Assembly (NCBI GenBank): GCA_030647775.1
Contig: JAUSJC010000010.1
Coordinates: 433,334-497,333 of the forward strand
Direction of reading: 5' to 3'
DNA from: Candidatus Curtissbacteria bacterium
GTDB lineage: Bacteria > Patescibacteriota > Microgenomatia > Curtissbacterales > GWA2-41-24
Length of the DNA stretch: 64,000 nucleotides
Shown here: one piece after another, positions 8,692-18,570 of the stretch
Layout of the letters: each line of letters opens with the position of its first letter
Numbering within the stretch: the first letter of the stretch is position 1
Program-made: the position numbers and the translations under genes
The notes under the pieces: generated by a model
Told to the model about the DNA's origin: nothing
The model's database searches: none
What the model saw: the letters and a program-made list of their open reading frames with translations, nothing else

Positions 8692-9804
8692 ATGTCCTAT
8701 CAACCCAAAGTAGCATTAGTACATGATGATTTCGTCCAGCAAGGCGGAGCGGAAAATCTGTTTGCCGAGATCGCCCAAATCTATCCAAATGCCCCAATTT
8801 ATACATCACTGGTCGATTGGAATAAACCGCCTATGGGAATAGACCGAAATAGGGTCCGACCCTCTTTTATGCAGAGAATCCCCTTTGCCGCAAAATTTTA
8901 TAAATTACTTTTGTCTCTCTACCCTTTGGCATTTGAAAGTTTCAATCTTTCCGCCTTTGACGTGGTTATTTCATCAACCACCCGTTTTGCCAAAGGCGTT
9001 GTAACCCCGCCAGATACGATCCATATTTGTTACCTAAACTCCATTCCCAGGTTTCTTTGGCATACCGACCATAAGAAAAGTTATTTGCCGTCCTCTCTCG
9101 AATCTATTTTTCGGCCCATCATAAATTGGCTAAAGCGCTGGGATATGGCTGCTGCTTCACGGGTAGATTTTTTTATTGCCAACTCCCAAAATGTTAAAAC
9201 CCAAATCAAAAAAGTCTATAACCGAAATTCCCAAGTTATCTATCCATTTGCCGATACAGATTTTTTTAAGCCCCCCAAAATTCATAACTGGAGACTGAAG
9301 AGTCAAAAATATTATCTTATTGTTTCGCGCCTGGTTCGCTGGAAGAAAATCGAAATCGCCATTCGTGCCGCCAATAATTTAGGAATCAACCTTTTTGTTA
9401 TTGGTGAAGGGCCGGACAGGAGTCGACTGAAGCACTTTGCGGGGAAGAGCACTAAATTTATAGGCAAAATTTCAAAAGAGGAGCTGCGTCAACTCTATCA
9501 AAACGCCCAAGCGCTAATTGTTACCCAAGAAGAAGATTTTGGTATAGTAACTGTTGAGGCTCAAGCATGTGGCCTTCCTGTTATTGCTTATGACCATGGC
9601 GGCCAAAAAGAAATTATCAAAAATGGCCTTACTGGTTTATTTTTCCCCTCGCAAAGCACCAAGGCTCTGGAAGATGCAATTAATGCGTCAAGTGCGGTAA
9701 AATGGAATTTAGCCGAAATTGTAAAGAACGGTCAAAGGTTCTCAAAGAAACAGTTTGTCAAAAATTTAAAAGCGAAAGTAAAAGAGTATGCCAGCCAAAA
9801 ATAA
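8692..9804 (+). CDS. GT4-family glycosyltransferase
   Basis: KVALVHDDFVQQGGAE N-terminus and the EEDFGIVTVEAQACGLPVIAYDHGG (E-x7-E) motif; start moved to 8692 to avoid overlapping the integrase. Confidence 0.8.
   Translation: MSYQPKVALVHDDFVQQGGAENLFAEIAQIYPNAPIYTSLVDWNKPPMGIDRNRVRPSFMQRIPFAAKFYKLLLSLYPLAFESFNLSAFDVVISSTTRFAKGVVTPPDTIHICYLNSIPRFLWHTDHKKSYLPSSLESIFRPIINWLKRWDMAAASRVDFFIANSQNVKTQIKKVYNRNSQVIYPFADTDFFKPPKIHNWRLKSQKYYLIVSRLVRWKKIEIAIRAANNLGINLFVIGEGPDRSRLKHFAGKSTKFIGKISKEELRQLYQNAQALIVTQEEDFGIVTVEAQACGLPVIAYDHGGQKEIIKNGLTGLFFPSQSTKALEDAINASSAVKWNLAEIVKNGQRFSKKQFVKNLKAKVKEYASQK
8850..8863. repeat. copy of the 15-bp REP-like quasi-palindrome TAGGGTC[C/G]GACCCT(A), in frame inside the GT4 gene (encodes NRVRPS)
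   Basis: exact core GGGTCCGACCC. Confidence 0.7.
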
Positions 9805-10900
9805 TCAGCGAGATTTAAAAATCGTCCTTTTCTGTGGAGGCTCCGGGACGCGCATGTGGCCGGCCAGCCGCAAAGAAAAACCCAAGCAATTCCAACCCCT
9901 GGTGGGCGATACTTCGATGTTCCAGCAGGCAATGGCCCGCATCAAAAAGGGTTTTCCCATAAGAGACGTTTTCGTTATCACCGGCAGGCAATATGTCGGC
10001 CTTGTTGTTCAGCAGGAACCGGATCTGCCCTTAGAAAACGTCATTATCGAACCGGAAATGAGGGATACCCTAGCCGCCGTCGGTTTTGCCGCCGCAGTCC
10101 TGGATAAAAAATTTGATAACCCTATCGTTGCTTCCCTTTGGGCAGCCGACCACTTGGTCAAAAATGATGACCAGTTTATTAAATCCTTAAAAGCCGCTTA
10201 TGAATATGTTAAAGATACCGGCAAAATGGTCTCAATTGACGTCAAACCGACATACCCCAATATCCATGTTGGCTACATCCAGATCGGTAAAATGATTAAA
10301 AAAGTTAACGGTCATGCTTTCTTTGAATACGTAAAACAAATCGAAAAACCGGATCTGGCAACCGCCAAAAAATACGCTGCCTCGTGGGAATACCTCTGGC
10401 ACGCCGGTTACAAAGTCTGGCATACCCAGAAAATGCTTTCTCAGTTTAAAAAATTTACACCCAAAGTTGCCAGCGGACTTGAGACTATCCAAAAATCATG
10501 GGGGAGCGATAACCAGGATGAAGTTGTCAGGCGTGTTTATCCGGATTTTGAAAAGCAATCAATCGATTATGCAATTTTTGAAAAGATGGATCCGGATGAC
10601 CTCGTCGTTTTACCGGCCGATATTGGTTGGTCTGATATCGGTGCCTGGAATATTCTAAAAGAAGAGCTTGCCCAAAACCAGACGGATAATGTTGTTTCCG
10701 GTGACGTTATTGATTTTGATTGTGAAGACTGTTTAATTTACAACAAAAGCGAAAATAAAATTGTGGCCACAATCGGTCTCAAGGGTTTAATCGTCGTCGA
10801 TACCCCGGATGGCCTCTTGGTCTGTGATAAAGATAAAATTTCCCAAGTCAAAAAAGTCATAGAGAAAATCAAAGAGACAAAGCAAGATAAATTTCTCTAA
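9788..10900 (+). CDS. manC: mannose-1-phosphate guanylyltransferase-like sugar nucleotidyltransferase
   Basis: KIVLFCGGSGTRMWPASRKEKPKQFQPL matches the ManC/GMPP N-terminal signature. Confidence 0.75.
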   Translation: MPAKNNQRDLKIVLFCGGSGTRMWPASRKEKPKQFQPLVGDTSMFQQAMARIKKGFPIRDVFVITGRQYVGLVVQQEPDLPLENVIIEPEMRDTLAAVGFAAAVLDKKFDNPIVASLWAADHLVKNDDQFIKSLKAAYEYVKDTGKMVSIDVKPTYPNIHVGYIQIGKMIKKVNGHAFFEYVKQIEKPDLATAKKYAASWEYLWHAGYKVWHTQKMLSQFKKFTPKVASGLETIQKSWGSDNQDEVVRRVYPDFEKQSIDYAIFEKMDPDDLVVLPADIGWSDIGAWNILKEELAQNQTDNVVSGDVIDFDCEDCLIYNKSENKIVATIGLKGLIVVDTPDGLLVCDKDKISQVKKVIEKIKETKQDKFL

Positions 10901-10909
10901 AACCCCAAA

Positions 10910-11560
10910 GTGCTATACGATTTATTAAAACGCACGATCGATATTATTGGCAGCCTCATAATTTTGGCCGTCTTTTCTCCTGTTATCTTAATTACTGCCG
11001 TTTTAATTAAGATTAGTTCCCCCGGGCCGGCCATTTATACCCCCCTGCGTGTCGGCAGGGACGGCAATCTTTTCAAGATGCTTAAGTTCCGCAGTATGTA
11101 CATGTATAAAATTAACGGCAAATTTGTGCATGCTAAAAAATACCTTGAGAAAAATCCCAAACTTATGCGCGAGTACCGGGAAAATAGTTTTAAGCTTGCT
11201 CACGACCCGCGGGTTACGCAGATTGGCAAATTCATTCGTAAGTTTTCCATCGATGAACTGCCGCAGCTTATTAATGTCGCCAAAGGCGATATGTCGCTTG
11301 TCGGCCCTCGGGCTTACCAGGAGGATGAGCTTACCCATCAGCAAAGGGTCTATCCGCATACCAAAAAATATGTAAAAGTTATTTTAGAAGCAAGGCCCGG
11401 CGCATCCGGCCCCTGGCAGGTTTCCGGCCGTTCTTTTATTAATTTTGATAAAAGGGTCATAATGGATGCTAAGTATGTCGAGAGGAGATCAATCTTATAT
11501 GATCTTTGGATCATGATGAAAACTCCAATTGCCATGATTACCGGCAGAGGAGCGGTATGA
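10910..11560 (+). CDS. polyprenyl-phosphate sugar phosphotransferase (bacterial sugar transferase, WbaP/EpsL-like)
   Basis: LKFRSM ... DELPQLINVAKGDMSLVGPR motif; N-terminal TM helix. Confidence 0.8.
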   Translation: MLYDLLKRTIDIIGSLIILAVFSPVILITAVLIKISSPGPAIYTPLRVGRDGNLFKMLKFRSMYMYKINGKFVHAKKYLEKNPKLMREYRENSFKLAHDPRVTQIGKFIRKFSIDELPQLINVAKGDMSLVGPRAYQEDELTHQQRVYPHTKKYVKVILEARPGASGPWQVSGRSFINFDKRVIMDAKYVERRSILYDLWIMMKTPIAMITGRGAV

Positions 11561-13371
11561 GAAAAAGAATCATCTTCATTTTAATAGCAATCGTTATCAT
11601 ATACGTCATCTTTGGCGTTCTTACGGCTCTTTCCATCAAAAAGGCAATTGGTACTATAAACAGTGCGTCCTCCGCTATCAAAGTCCAGGATTTGGATAAG
11701 GCAAAAGCAGATCTAAAGACCGCTAAAGGGGAGTTCCAAACCTCCCAGAAGATAATGGTAGTTTTTGCCCCAATTCGTGTTATTCCGCTTCTTGGCTGGT
11801 ATGTTGCCGATGCCCAGAGGGGCGTCGCGGCCGCCGTTTCCGGGCTTGATGCCGCCTCAACCGCGGCCGACGCAATTACTCCTTACGCTGATGTCCTTGG
11901 CTTAAAAGGTAAAGGTACTTTCTTAGGCGGTACTGCCCAAGAAAGGTTAGCAAAAGCAATCGAAGCACTTTCCAAAGTTGGCCCCCAGCTTGACGAGGTC
12001 GGTGCAAGTCTTGCTTCAACCAGGAAAGATGTCGACCAAATAGAGTCTTGGCGCTATCCAAATTTTTTGCCCGGCAGTCCGGGCGCCAAAATCGACAATA
12101 TTAAAAAAGCCGTCGACCAATTTGAATCACTAATCGTTGATTCGCGCCCCCTGCTTTTGGTTCTTCCCCAAATCATGGGTCAGGACAAAGAGCGAAAGTA
12201 TCTCGTCCTTTTCCAAAACGACAAAGAGCTTCGCCCCACCGGCGGGTTTATTACCGCTTACGCTGTTTTTCGGGTCAACAAGGGTGTTATTTCCTCAGAG
12301 GGATCCGATGATATTTACCGTCTGGACAGTACGCTCTTGAAAAAGGTCTCGGCACCCGCTCCAATGGTTAAGTATTTAAATGTTTCAAACCTTAACATGC
12401 GGGATTCCAATTTTTCACCTGATTACCTTGCCTCAATGAAAACCTTTGAAGACCTTTATCAGTCTTCATCCGGCAAAAAAGATATTGATGGCATCATCTC
12501 TTTAGATACCCAATTTGTTCTTTCGATGATGCAAGTTTTAGGCCCTGTCGATGCTTACGGCACCAAGTTTACCATTGATAAAGTTGATGCCTGCTCCTGT
12601 CCGCAGATAATTTATGAACTCGAAAGATACGCCGATCAAATCGTCGCTTATGAAAAAGGTTCCCGAAAAGATATTATCGGCGTTTTAATGCAAAGCCTGA
12701 TGGCCAAAGCTTTCAATGCGCCAAAAGGCCAGTGGCCAAGCCTCCTTGAGGCAATCGTCAATGACCTTCGCCAAAAACATTTGCTTCTCTATTTCCATGA
12801 TCCCCCAAGCCAGGCCGCCGCTGAAAAAATTAATTTCGCCGGCAGAATTTACAACTACGACGGTGATTATTTGCACATTAACGAAGCCAATCTTGGAGGC
12901 GCCAAATCCAACCTTTATGTTCAGGAGAAAGTGAGCCAGGTTGTTAAAAAGGCCAAAGACGGCAATTTGGATAAAACGGTTACGATTAGTTACAAATATC
13001 CGAAGGAAATGGATAATTGCAATTTGGAGCGTAAAACCGGCCTTTGTCTTGCCGGAATCTACCAGGATTATATAAGAATTTATGTTCCCAAGGGATCAAA
13101 GCTGATTAAATCCTCCGGAGCCGAAGTTGCCTTCACAGCCTCCGAAGACCTGGATAAAACGGTATTTGAAGCTTTCTTTACGGTCCGCCCTCAGGGCACG
13201 GCCAAAATCGAGCTCGAATACTCTGTTCCTATCAAAGTTACAAACCAGTACAAGCTCCTAATCCAAAAACAGCCGGGCACGGAAGGCATCATGTACGATA
13301 TCGATGCCCTCGGCCACCGCCAAAAAGCTTTCCCGCTCACAAACGACAAGGAATTGATCGTTAAGCTTTAA
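11557..13371 (+). CDS. DUF4012 domain membrane protein (cell-envelope polysaccharide associated)
   Basis: LVLFQNDKELRPTGGFITAYAVFRV is the DUF4012 hallmark; N-terminal TM; ATGA overlap with the previous gene. Confidence 0.7.
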   Translation: MRKRIIFILIAIVIIYVIFGVLTALSIKKAIGTINSASSAIKVQDLDKAKADLKTAKGEFQTSQKIMVVFAPIRVIPLLGWYVADAQRGVAAAVSGLDAASTAADAITPYADVLGLKGKGTFLGGTAQERLAKAIEALSKVGPQLDEVGASLASTRKDVDQIESWRYPNFLPGSPGAKIDNIKKAVDQFESLIVDSRPLLLVLPQIMGQDKERKYLVLFQNDKELRPTGGFITAYAVFRVNKGVISSEGSDDIYRLDSTLLKKVSAPAPMVKYLNVSNLNMRDSNFSPDYLASMKTFEDLYQSSSGKKDIDGIISLDTQFVLSMMQVLGPVDAYGTKFTIDKVDACSCPQIIYELERYADQIVAYEKGSRKDIIGVLMQSLMAKAFNAPKGQWPSLLEAIVNDLRQKHLLLYFHDPPSQAAAEKINFAGRIYNYDGDYLHINEANLGGAKSNLYVQEKVSQVVKKAKDGNLDKTVTISYKYPKEMDNCNLERKTGLCLAGIYQDYIRIYVPKGSKLIKSSGAEVAFTASEDLDKTVFEAFFTVRPQGTAKIELEYSVPIKVTNQYKLLIQKQPGTEGIMYDIDALGHRQKAFPLTNDKELIVKL

Positions 13372-13399
13372 AGTGGGAAAACCTCAACGTGAAGAGACA

Positions 13400-14215
13400 A
13401 TGAAATCCCCAAATCACGCTTGGCTTTTCGATGTCGATGGCGTCATAACTCACCCGGAGAAAAAGCAAGTTGTACGCAAGGGAATTTTTACCGAGATTAT
13501 CAAGCGTTTAAAATTAGGAGAACCCGTGGCGCTCGTCACTGGACGGGCGCTTTCTTGGGTCATGGAGCGCGTCGTTAATCCGCTTTCAAGCGAGATCGAT
13601 GACAAAACTGTTCTTGATAGACTTTTTGTATCAGGCGAGTTTGGCGCGTCGCGAATTCAATGGAAGAATGGAAAACCATTTCACGGTATAGATTCTTCAA
13701 TTTCTCTTCCAAAGAAACTTGCAGAAGAAGCACGCAAAGCTGCGGAAGCCTATAAAGATACTCAACACATCGACCCTGATAAAGAGACAATGGTCTCAAT
13801 TGAAATGAACGATGGGCTAACAGTTGATGAATTCAGACGTAATCAATTGCCTTTGGCAAAAAGACTGAATGAAATTCTCGCAAGCCAAAATGCAGAGCGA
13901 AAATTTGAAGTTCATGTTGACAGAATTGCGACCAACGTCAGGCATAAAGCTATAAATAAACACTATGCCGCACAACAAGTAATTCGCTGGCTTTCAAAAA
14001 TAGGGCTTTCGCCTAAGCAATTTTTTGCGTTTGGCGATAGCGCCGGAGACCGTGAAATGGCAGATGAGTTACACCGAGAAGGGAAAGCGGTAACATTTGT
14101 CTTTGTAGGACATAAAGAAGAGCTAGGTTCAAAAGGGAAAGGGTATAAAACAGTTATTACAGAAGAACAATGTGATGACGGAACAGTAGAATTTCTTAAA
14201 AGTAAAGAGAGCTAA
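13400..14215 (+). CDS. HAD-superfamily hydrolase
   Basis: motif I WLFDVDGVIT close to the N-terminus; FGDSAGD motif III/IV; an alternative GTG start at 13373. Confidence 0.7.
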   Translation: MKSPNHAWLFDVDGVITHPEKKQVVRKGIFTEIIKRLKLGEPVALVTGRALSWVMERVVNPLSSEIDDKTVLDRLFVSGEFGASRIQWKNGKPFHGIDSSISLPKKLAEEARKAAEAYKDTQHIDPDKETMVSIEMNDGLTVDEFRRNQLPLAKRLNEILASQNAERKFEVHVDRIATNVRHKAINKHYAAQQVIRWLSKIGLSPKQFFAFGDSAGDREMADELHREGKAVTFVFVGHKEELGSKGKGYKTVITEEQCDDGTVEFLKSKES

Positions 14216-14751
14216 GCCTTCTTATTACTGGTTGATTTAAGATATTCTTTAATGTCACTGCGAAAAAATTTAGCATACTTTTTCGGGGAAAAGGAAATCT
14301 TCCTTAAAAGAGTTTCCCATTCTACCCATTCGGGTTTTTCTTCCGACTCTCTATTAGTAAAGGATTCACCGTCAAGAATAATTTCAAAGAGATAAGCAAT
14401 TTCGTGGTTATTAGGCAAGTCATTATTAAAGAAAGACAAAAGTCTCTTAATCTTAATGCCGTCAGGCAATGATCGGCCGCCAAACAGCTCTTCTTGCAAT
14501 TCACGCATGATCGCCTCATCCGGCGTCTCATCGGAGAGGATGTGACCAGCAACCGAGGCTTCATACAAACTCGCTCCTTGTACGGCGTTTTTGCTTCTTT
14601 TTTGTACCAAAACCCTTGTCTTTTGTTCGTCACTAAAGACTAATGCATGAGCGCATTGATGGAGAAGCCCTTTTGTATGGCATTGCGTCCAAGTAGCGGT
14701 ACCGATTTTATTGCCCTTTTTATCTACAACGTCGTATATTTCGTCAGCCAT
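14212..14751 (-). CDS. NUDIX hydrolase
   Basis: Nudix box GHILSDETPDEAIMRELQEELFG. Confidence 0.8.
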   Translation of the reverse strand: MADEIYDVVDKKGNKIGTATWTQCHTKGLLHQCAHALVFSDEQKTRVLVQKRSKNAVQGASLYEASVAGHILSDETPDEAIMRELQEELFGGRSLPDGIKIKRLLSFFNNDLPNNHEIAYLFEIILDGESFTNRESEEKPEWVEWETLLRKISFSPKKYAKFFRSDIKEYLKSTSNKKA

Positions 14752-14764
14752 TTAAAAGTTAGTA

Positions 14765-15535
14765 TCAGGCAATGACCGTTAAAAGATCAGCAAAATTTTC
14801 TACAGTCGCATCAGGTTTATCGGCCGAAACTGAATAATCACGCCAGCGTTTTGTAGATCTGTATTTTTCCGGAGGAACGTATAATATAGCCTTTGCCCCA
14901 GCCTTATGTGCGCACTCGACATCACGGATAGGGTCATCACCGACATAGATAATATCTGAAATAGGCCGGCCAAACCTCTCGGACGCAACTTCGAAAACTC
15001 TCGGGTCCGGTTTTTCAATTCCAATTTCCTCACTTGTTAAAAAATGATCAAAAAGATCGGCTACACCAAGCCAAGCCAGCGTTGATTGTGGAGTAAAACT
15101 TCTATCGTTGGAAATTACAGCTAAATGTTTCCCGCGATCCCGCAACCCTCGTAAGGTTACTCTAAGTTCTTCTTTTCTTGGATTATTCTCGAGTAACTCT
15201 TTAAAACTCTTACGATACTCTGCAAGAATCAGCGGACCAAGAAGGAACCTGATTTCTGCCGGAACATTTGCTTCGTGAAGCCCTGCTTGTATAAATGGTT
15301 CTTCTTGTGAAAAATGAGAAGCAAACTGAAAGTTTAAATTACTGTTTGCTTGGCTCCAAGATTCTACAAATAAATTCTCATCTAACTGAAAACCAAAACT
15401 GCCCTTTGCTATCTCGACAGCTTTTTGGCCAACCTCATTCTTTAAATCATCAAATGGGTCCAAAACCAACGTATTACCCCAATCAAATACAATGCTATTC
15501 CCTTGCAACCTCTCAGATTCTGCCACTTCCACCAT
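14765..15535 (-). CDS. HAD-superfamily hydrolase
   Basis: IVFDWGNTLV motif I; YVGDDPIRDVECAHKAGAKAIL motif IV. Confidence 0.75.
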   Translation of the reverse strand: MVEVAESERLQGNSIVFDWGNTLVLDPFDDLKNEVGQKAVEIAKGSFGFQLDENLFVESWSQANSNLNFQFASHFSQEEPFIQAGLHEANVPAEIRFLLGPLILAEYRKSFKELLENNPRKEELRVTLRGLRDRGKHLAVISNDRSFTPQSTLAWLGVADLFDHFLTSEEIGIEKPDPRVFEVASERFGRPISDIIYVGDDPIRDVECAHKAGAKAILYVPPEKYRSTKRWRDYSVSADKPDATVENFADLLTVIA

Positions 15536-15612
15536 ATTGATATTCTACAGTAGTGCTTGTACTAGTTCCACCCATACTTGATCCAAGCTCCCGGATACGA
15601 CATACTTAATAT

Positions 15613-16239
15613 ATGTACTTTGCAACCGAAGGAGTAATCCTAGCCCGCAAAAATTTCGGTGAAGCCGACAGGCTCCTGACAATCTACACCAAGGACCATG
15701 GCAAAATCTCCGCCATTGCCAAGGGCGTGCGCCGTCCACGTTCCAAAAAGGCCGGGCATTTGGAACTTGGCAACTGGTGCAAGGTTTTTGTGGCCAAAGG
15801 TAAAAACATTGATCTCTTAACGGAAGTGGAGGTTAAACGCGCCTTTGGCATCGCCGAGTTCGGCGAGAAAAAGGCCAATAAAATCTATCATCTTTTGGAA
15901 ATTGTCGATATTCTTACTCCTCATAATCAGAAAAATCTTCGCGTTTTTTCGCTTCTCGTCAGTTTTTTGAAAAAAACATCAAATGGTGAAGATTTTAATC
16001 TTGTTTCCAGCGCTTTTAAGACCAAACTTCTCTCCGCACTTGGTTTTTTCTCAAGCCACAACTTAAAAGACTCCAAAGCCAAAGACGTCTTATTAGTTTT
16101 AGAAAACGAGGACTTCTCCGTTGTCGCGGGGAAGTTAAATCTAACCGACTCATCGTATTTGAAACTCTTATCGTTTCTTGATAGCATGATAGAAAGTATC
16201 GCCGGCCAAAAATTAAAAACTGCCCGCTTCCTGACTTAA
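15613..16239 (+). CDS. recO: DNA repair protein RecO (short form)
   Basis: N-terminal OB-fold region GVILARKNFGEADRLLTIYTKDHGKISAIAKGVRR typical of RecO. Confidence 0.75.
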   Translation: MYFATEGVILARKNFGEADRLLTIYTKDHGKISAIAKGVRRPRSKKAGHLELGNWCKVFVAKGKNIDLLTEVEVKRAFGIAEFGEKKANKIYHLLEIVDILTPHNQKNLRVFSLLVSFLKKTSNGEDFNLVSSAFKTKLLSALGFFSSHNLKDSKAKDVLLVLENEDFSVVAGKLNLTDSSYLKLLSFLDSMIESIAGQKLKTARFLT

Positions 16240-16243
16240 TTGG

Positions 16244-17092
16244 ATGGATCAATCTAAGAAAAATACATACGTTATTGCCGCAGTAGTCTTTGTCGCACTC
16301 CTCGTCGGCATTTATTTTTTATTCATCTTTAAAAAAGGTCCAAGTCAAATTAAATCTCAAGACAACCAGGCGACTGATGTTAAGCAAATTACCGATATCG
16401 AGCTTGCCAAGCGCCCATATATAACCCTAACCCCGACTTCCGACGGTGCCGAGGTCATTATTTCCATTGAAAATATGGGTGCTTTCGACCGCATAGAATA
16501 CGAACTTACTTATCAGGCCGATAACCCGACTTCTCCGGGAACAAAAATCGAAAGGGGTGCAACCGGTACGGATATTAATACCAAGGATCCCAAGTACAAA
16601 AAAGATATTCTCCTTGGAACCGCTTCCCGCGGCGTTAGGAATCCCGATACCGGTGTTACCGAAGGCAAACTTGCTCTCCATATGTTTAAAGGCGATACCC
16701 AGTACGATTCTCAAACTCCATGGGATCTGGTTAGTGCCGGTCTGGCTGCTGCCTCCATTTCGGATAGGGGGAATAATATTACCCTCAAGCTTCCGGCTCT
16801 CGGCAAGAATTACTGGATAATTTTGGCAGATACTTTGGGTATTCCGAAAGGCGGTACTTTTGACGTTAAAAACGTTACTCTTCCCGTTTATGGTGCCTTT
16901 TCTATTGCCCCAACTTTCCCGTCACCGGTAAATCTTACGCTAAAATCAGGTGCCGCCAGCCCGACACTTTTTGCCTACAATCTTGCGGATCAGACGTGGC
17001 AAAAAGTAGACTCAACTTATGCGTCCGCTAGCAAAACTTTAACCGCCACTATCAATAATTTTGCTACTTTTGTTGTCACCGGCTCCAAATGA
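16244..17092 (+). CDS. hypothetical membrane-anchored/secreted protein
   Basis: N-terminal TM helix; Thr/Gly/Ser-rich extracellular region. Confidence 0.5.
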   Translation: MDQSKKNTYVIAAVVFVALLVGIYFLFIFKKGPSQIKSQDNQATDVKQITDIELAKRPYITLTPTSDGAEVIISIENMGAFDRIEYELTYQADNPTSPGTKIERGATGTDINTKDPKYKKDILLGTASRGVRNPDTGVTEGKLALHMFKGDTQYDSQTPWDLVSAGLAAASISDRGNNITLKLPALGKNYWIILADTLGIPKGGTFDVKNVTLPVYGAFSIAPTFPSPVNLTLKSGAASPTLFAYNLADQTWQKVDSTYASASKTLTATINNFATFVVTGSK

Positions 17093-17198
17093 TCATTTCA
17101 AATATTCTTCGAGCGCAGCGAGAAGTCCTAAATTTCTTATATAATAGTTCTCGATAAGAGCGCTTGTTTTTTGAAGACTCAAAATAAACTCGAACAAT

Positions 17199-18518
17199 AT
17201 GGTTAATCTAGAAAAGCTTGTTTCCCTAGCAAAACGAAGAGGTTTTATCTATCCCGGCTCCGAAATCTACGGCGGCCTTACCGGCACTTGGGATTATGGC
17301 CCTTTGGGCGTGGAGCTTAAAAACAATATTAAAAAAGAGTTCTGGAAAAGCATGGTCTACGACCGCGATGACGTTGTCGGTCTTGATGCGGCAATCCTTA
17401 TGAACCCCAAAGTTTGGGAAGCCTCCGGCCACGTTCAGGCTTTCACGGACCCCCTTGTCGAATGCAAAGTTTGTCATGCTAGGTTGCGCGCTGATCAAAA
17501 AGAAGAAATCGAAACACACGAAAACTCGCACAAGGGCCAGAAGGTTGTCTGGACCGAACCCAAGAGATTTAATCTTCTGGTTGAGGCCAAACTGGGTGTT
17601 TTGGAAGATGCCAAGCAAAAAGTTTATCTGCGCGGTGAGATTACCCAGGGTGTCCATGTTAATTTTAAAAACGTCATCGATTCTTCCCGTATGCAAATTC
17701 CCTTTGGTATTGCCCAAATAGGCAAAGCTTTTAGAAACGAAATTACACCCGGCAATTTTACTTTTCGCTCCCGCGAGTTTGAACAGATGGAACTGCAATT
17801 TTATGTAAAGGCTGACCTAAAAGAAGCAGAAAAATGGTTTTTGTATTGGAAAGAAGAACGGATGAAATGGTATGTCTCGCTTGGCATCGATAAATCAAAA
17901 CTCCGTTTCCGCCAACACGAAGAAAACGAACGGGCCCATTATGCCAAAGATGCGTGGGACATTGAATACGATTCGCCGTTTGGCTGGAAAGAATTTGAAG
18001 GTATCCATAATCGCGGTGATTGGGATCTTTCCCAGCACCAAAAACATTCCGGCCAGGATCTTACGTACTTTGATCAGGAGGAAAATAAACATTATCTGCC
18101 GTGGGTTATCGAGACTTCCGGCGGCGTTGACCGCGCCACATTATTTTTCCTTGCCGATGCTTATACCCAAGATGGGGATCGGACTGTTTTAAAACTTCAC
18201 CCGAAACTGGCGCCATACAAAGTAGCGGTTTTCCCTCTTCTTGCCAACAAACCCGATCTTGTTAAAAAAGCCCGCTCTGTCTATGAACTATTAACTATGA
18301 ACCATCAACTTGCTCCTGTCGTTTGGGATGATAGGGGCAATATCGGCAAGCGCTATTTATCTCAAGATGAAATAGGTACGCCTTACTGTATAACAATTGA
18401 TTTTGAGACATTGGAAGATGATACCGTTACCATCCGCGACCGTGATACGACCAAACAGGAAAGGGTCAAATCCGAAAAATTATCTGAAATCCTGATAGGG
18501 AAAATTGCCGCTGGTTGA
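17199..18518 (+). CDS. glyQS: glycine--tRNA ligase (alpha2 dimeric type)
   Basis: N-terminus LVSLAKRRGFIYPGSEIYGGLTGTWDYGPLGVELKNNIK is the GlyRS signature. Confidence 0.9.
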   Translation: MVNLEKLVSLAKRRGFIYPGSEIYGGLTGTWDYGPLGVELKNNIKKEFWKSMVYDRDDVVGLDAAILMNPKVWEASGHVQAFTDPLVECKVCHARLRADQKEEIETHENSHKGQKVVWTEPKRFNLLVEAKLGVLEDAKQKVYLRGEITQGVHVNFKNVIDSSRMQIPFGIAQIGKAFRNEITPGNFTFRSREFEQMELQFYVKADLKEAEKWFLYWKEERMKWYVSLGIDKSKLRFRQHEENERAHYAKDAWDIEYDSPFGWKEFEGIHNRGDWDLSQHQKHSGQDLTYFDQEENKHYLPWVIETSGGVDRATLFFLADAYTQDGDRTVLKLHPKLAPYKVAVFPLLANKPDLVKKARSVYELLTMNHQLAPVVWDDRGNIGKRYLSQDEIGTPYCITIDFETLEDDTVTIRDRDTTKQERVKSEKLSEILIGKIAAG

Positions 18519-18570
18519 CAATAAATTCCAAAAGAAGTCATACTGAAAGTAATCCGCCTGTTTCATCGAT

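Noticed and set aside
17100-17198. T-box leader upstream of glyQS
   Set aside because: No T-box consensus (AATTAGGGTGGNACCGCG) or specifier/antiterminator architecture is visible in the 100-nt spacer.
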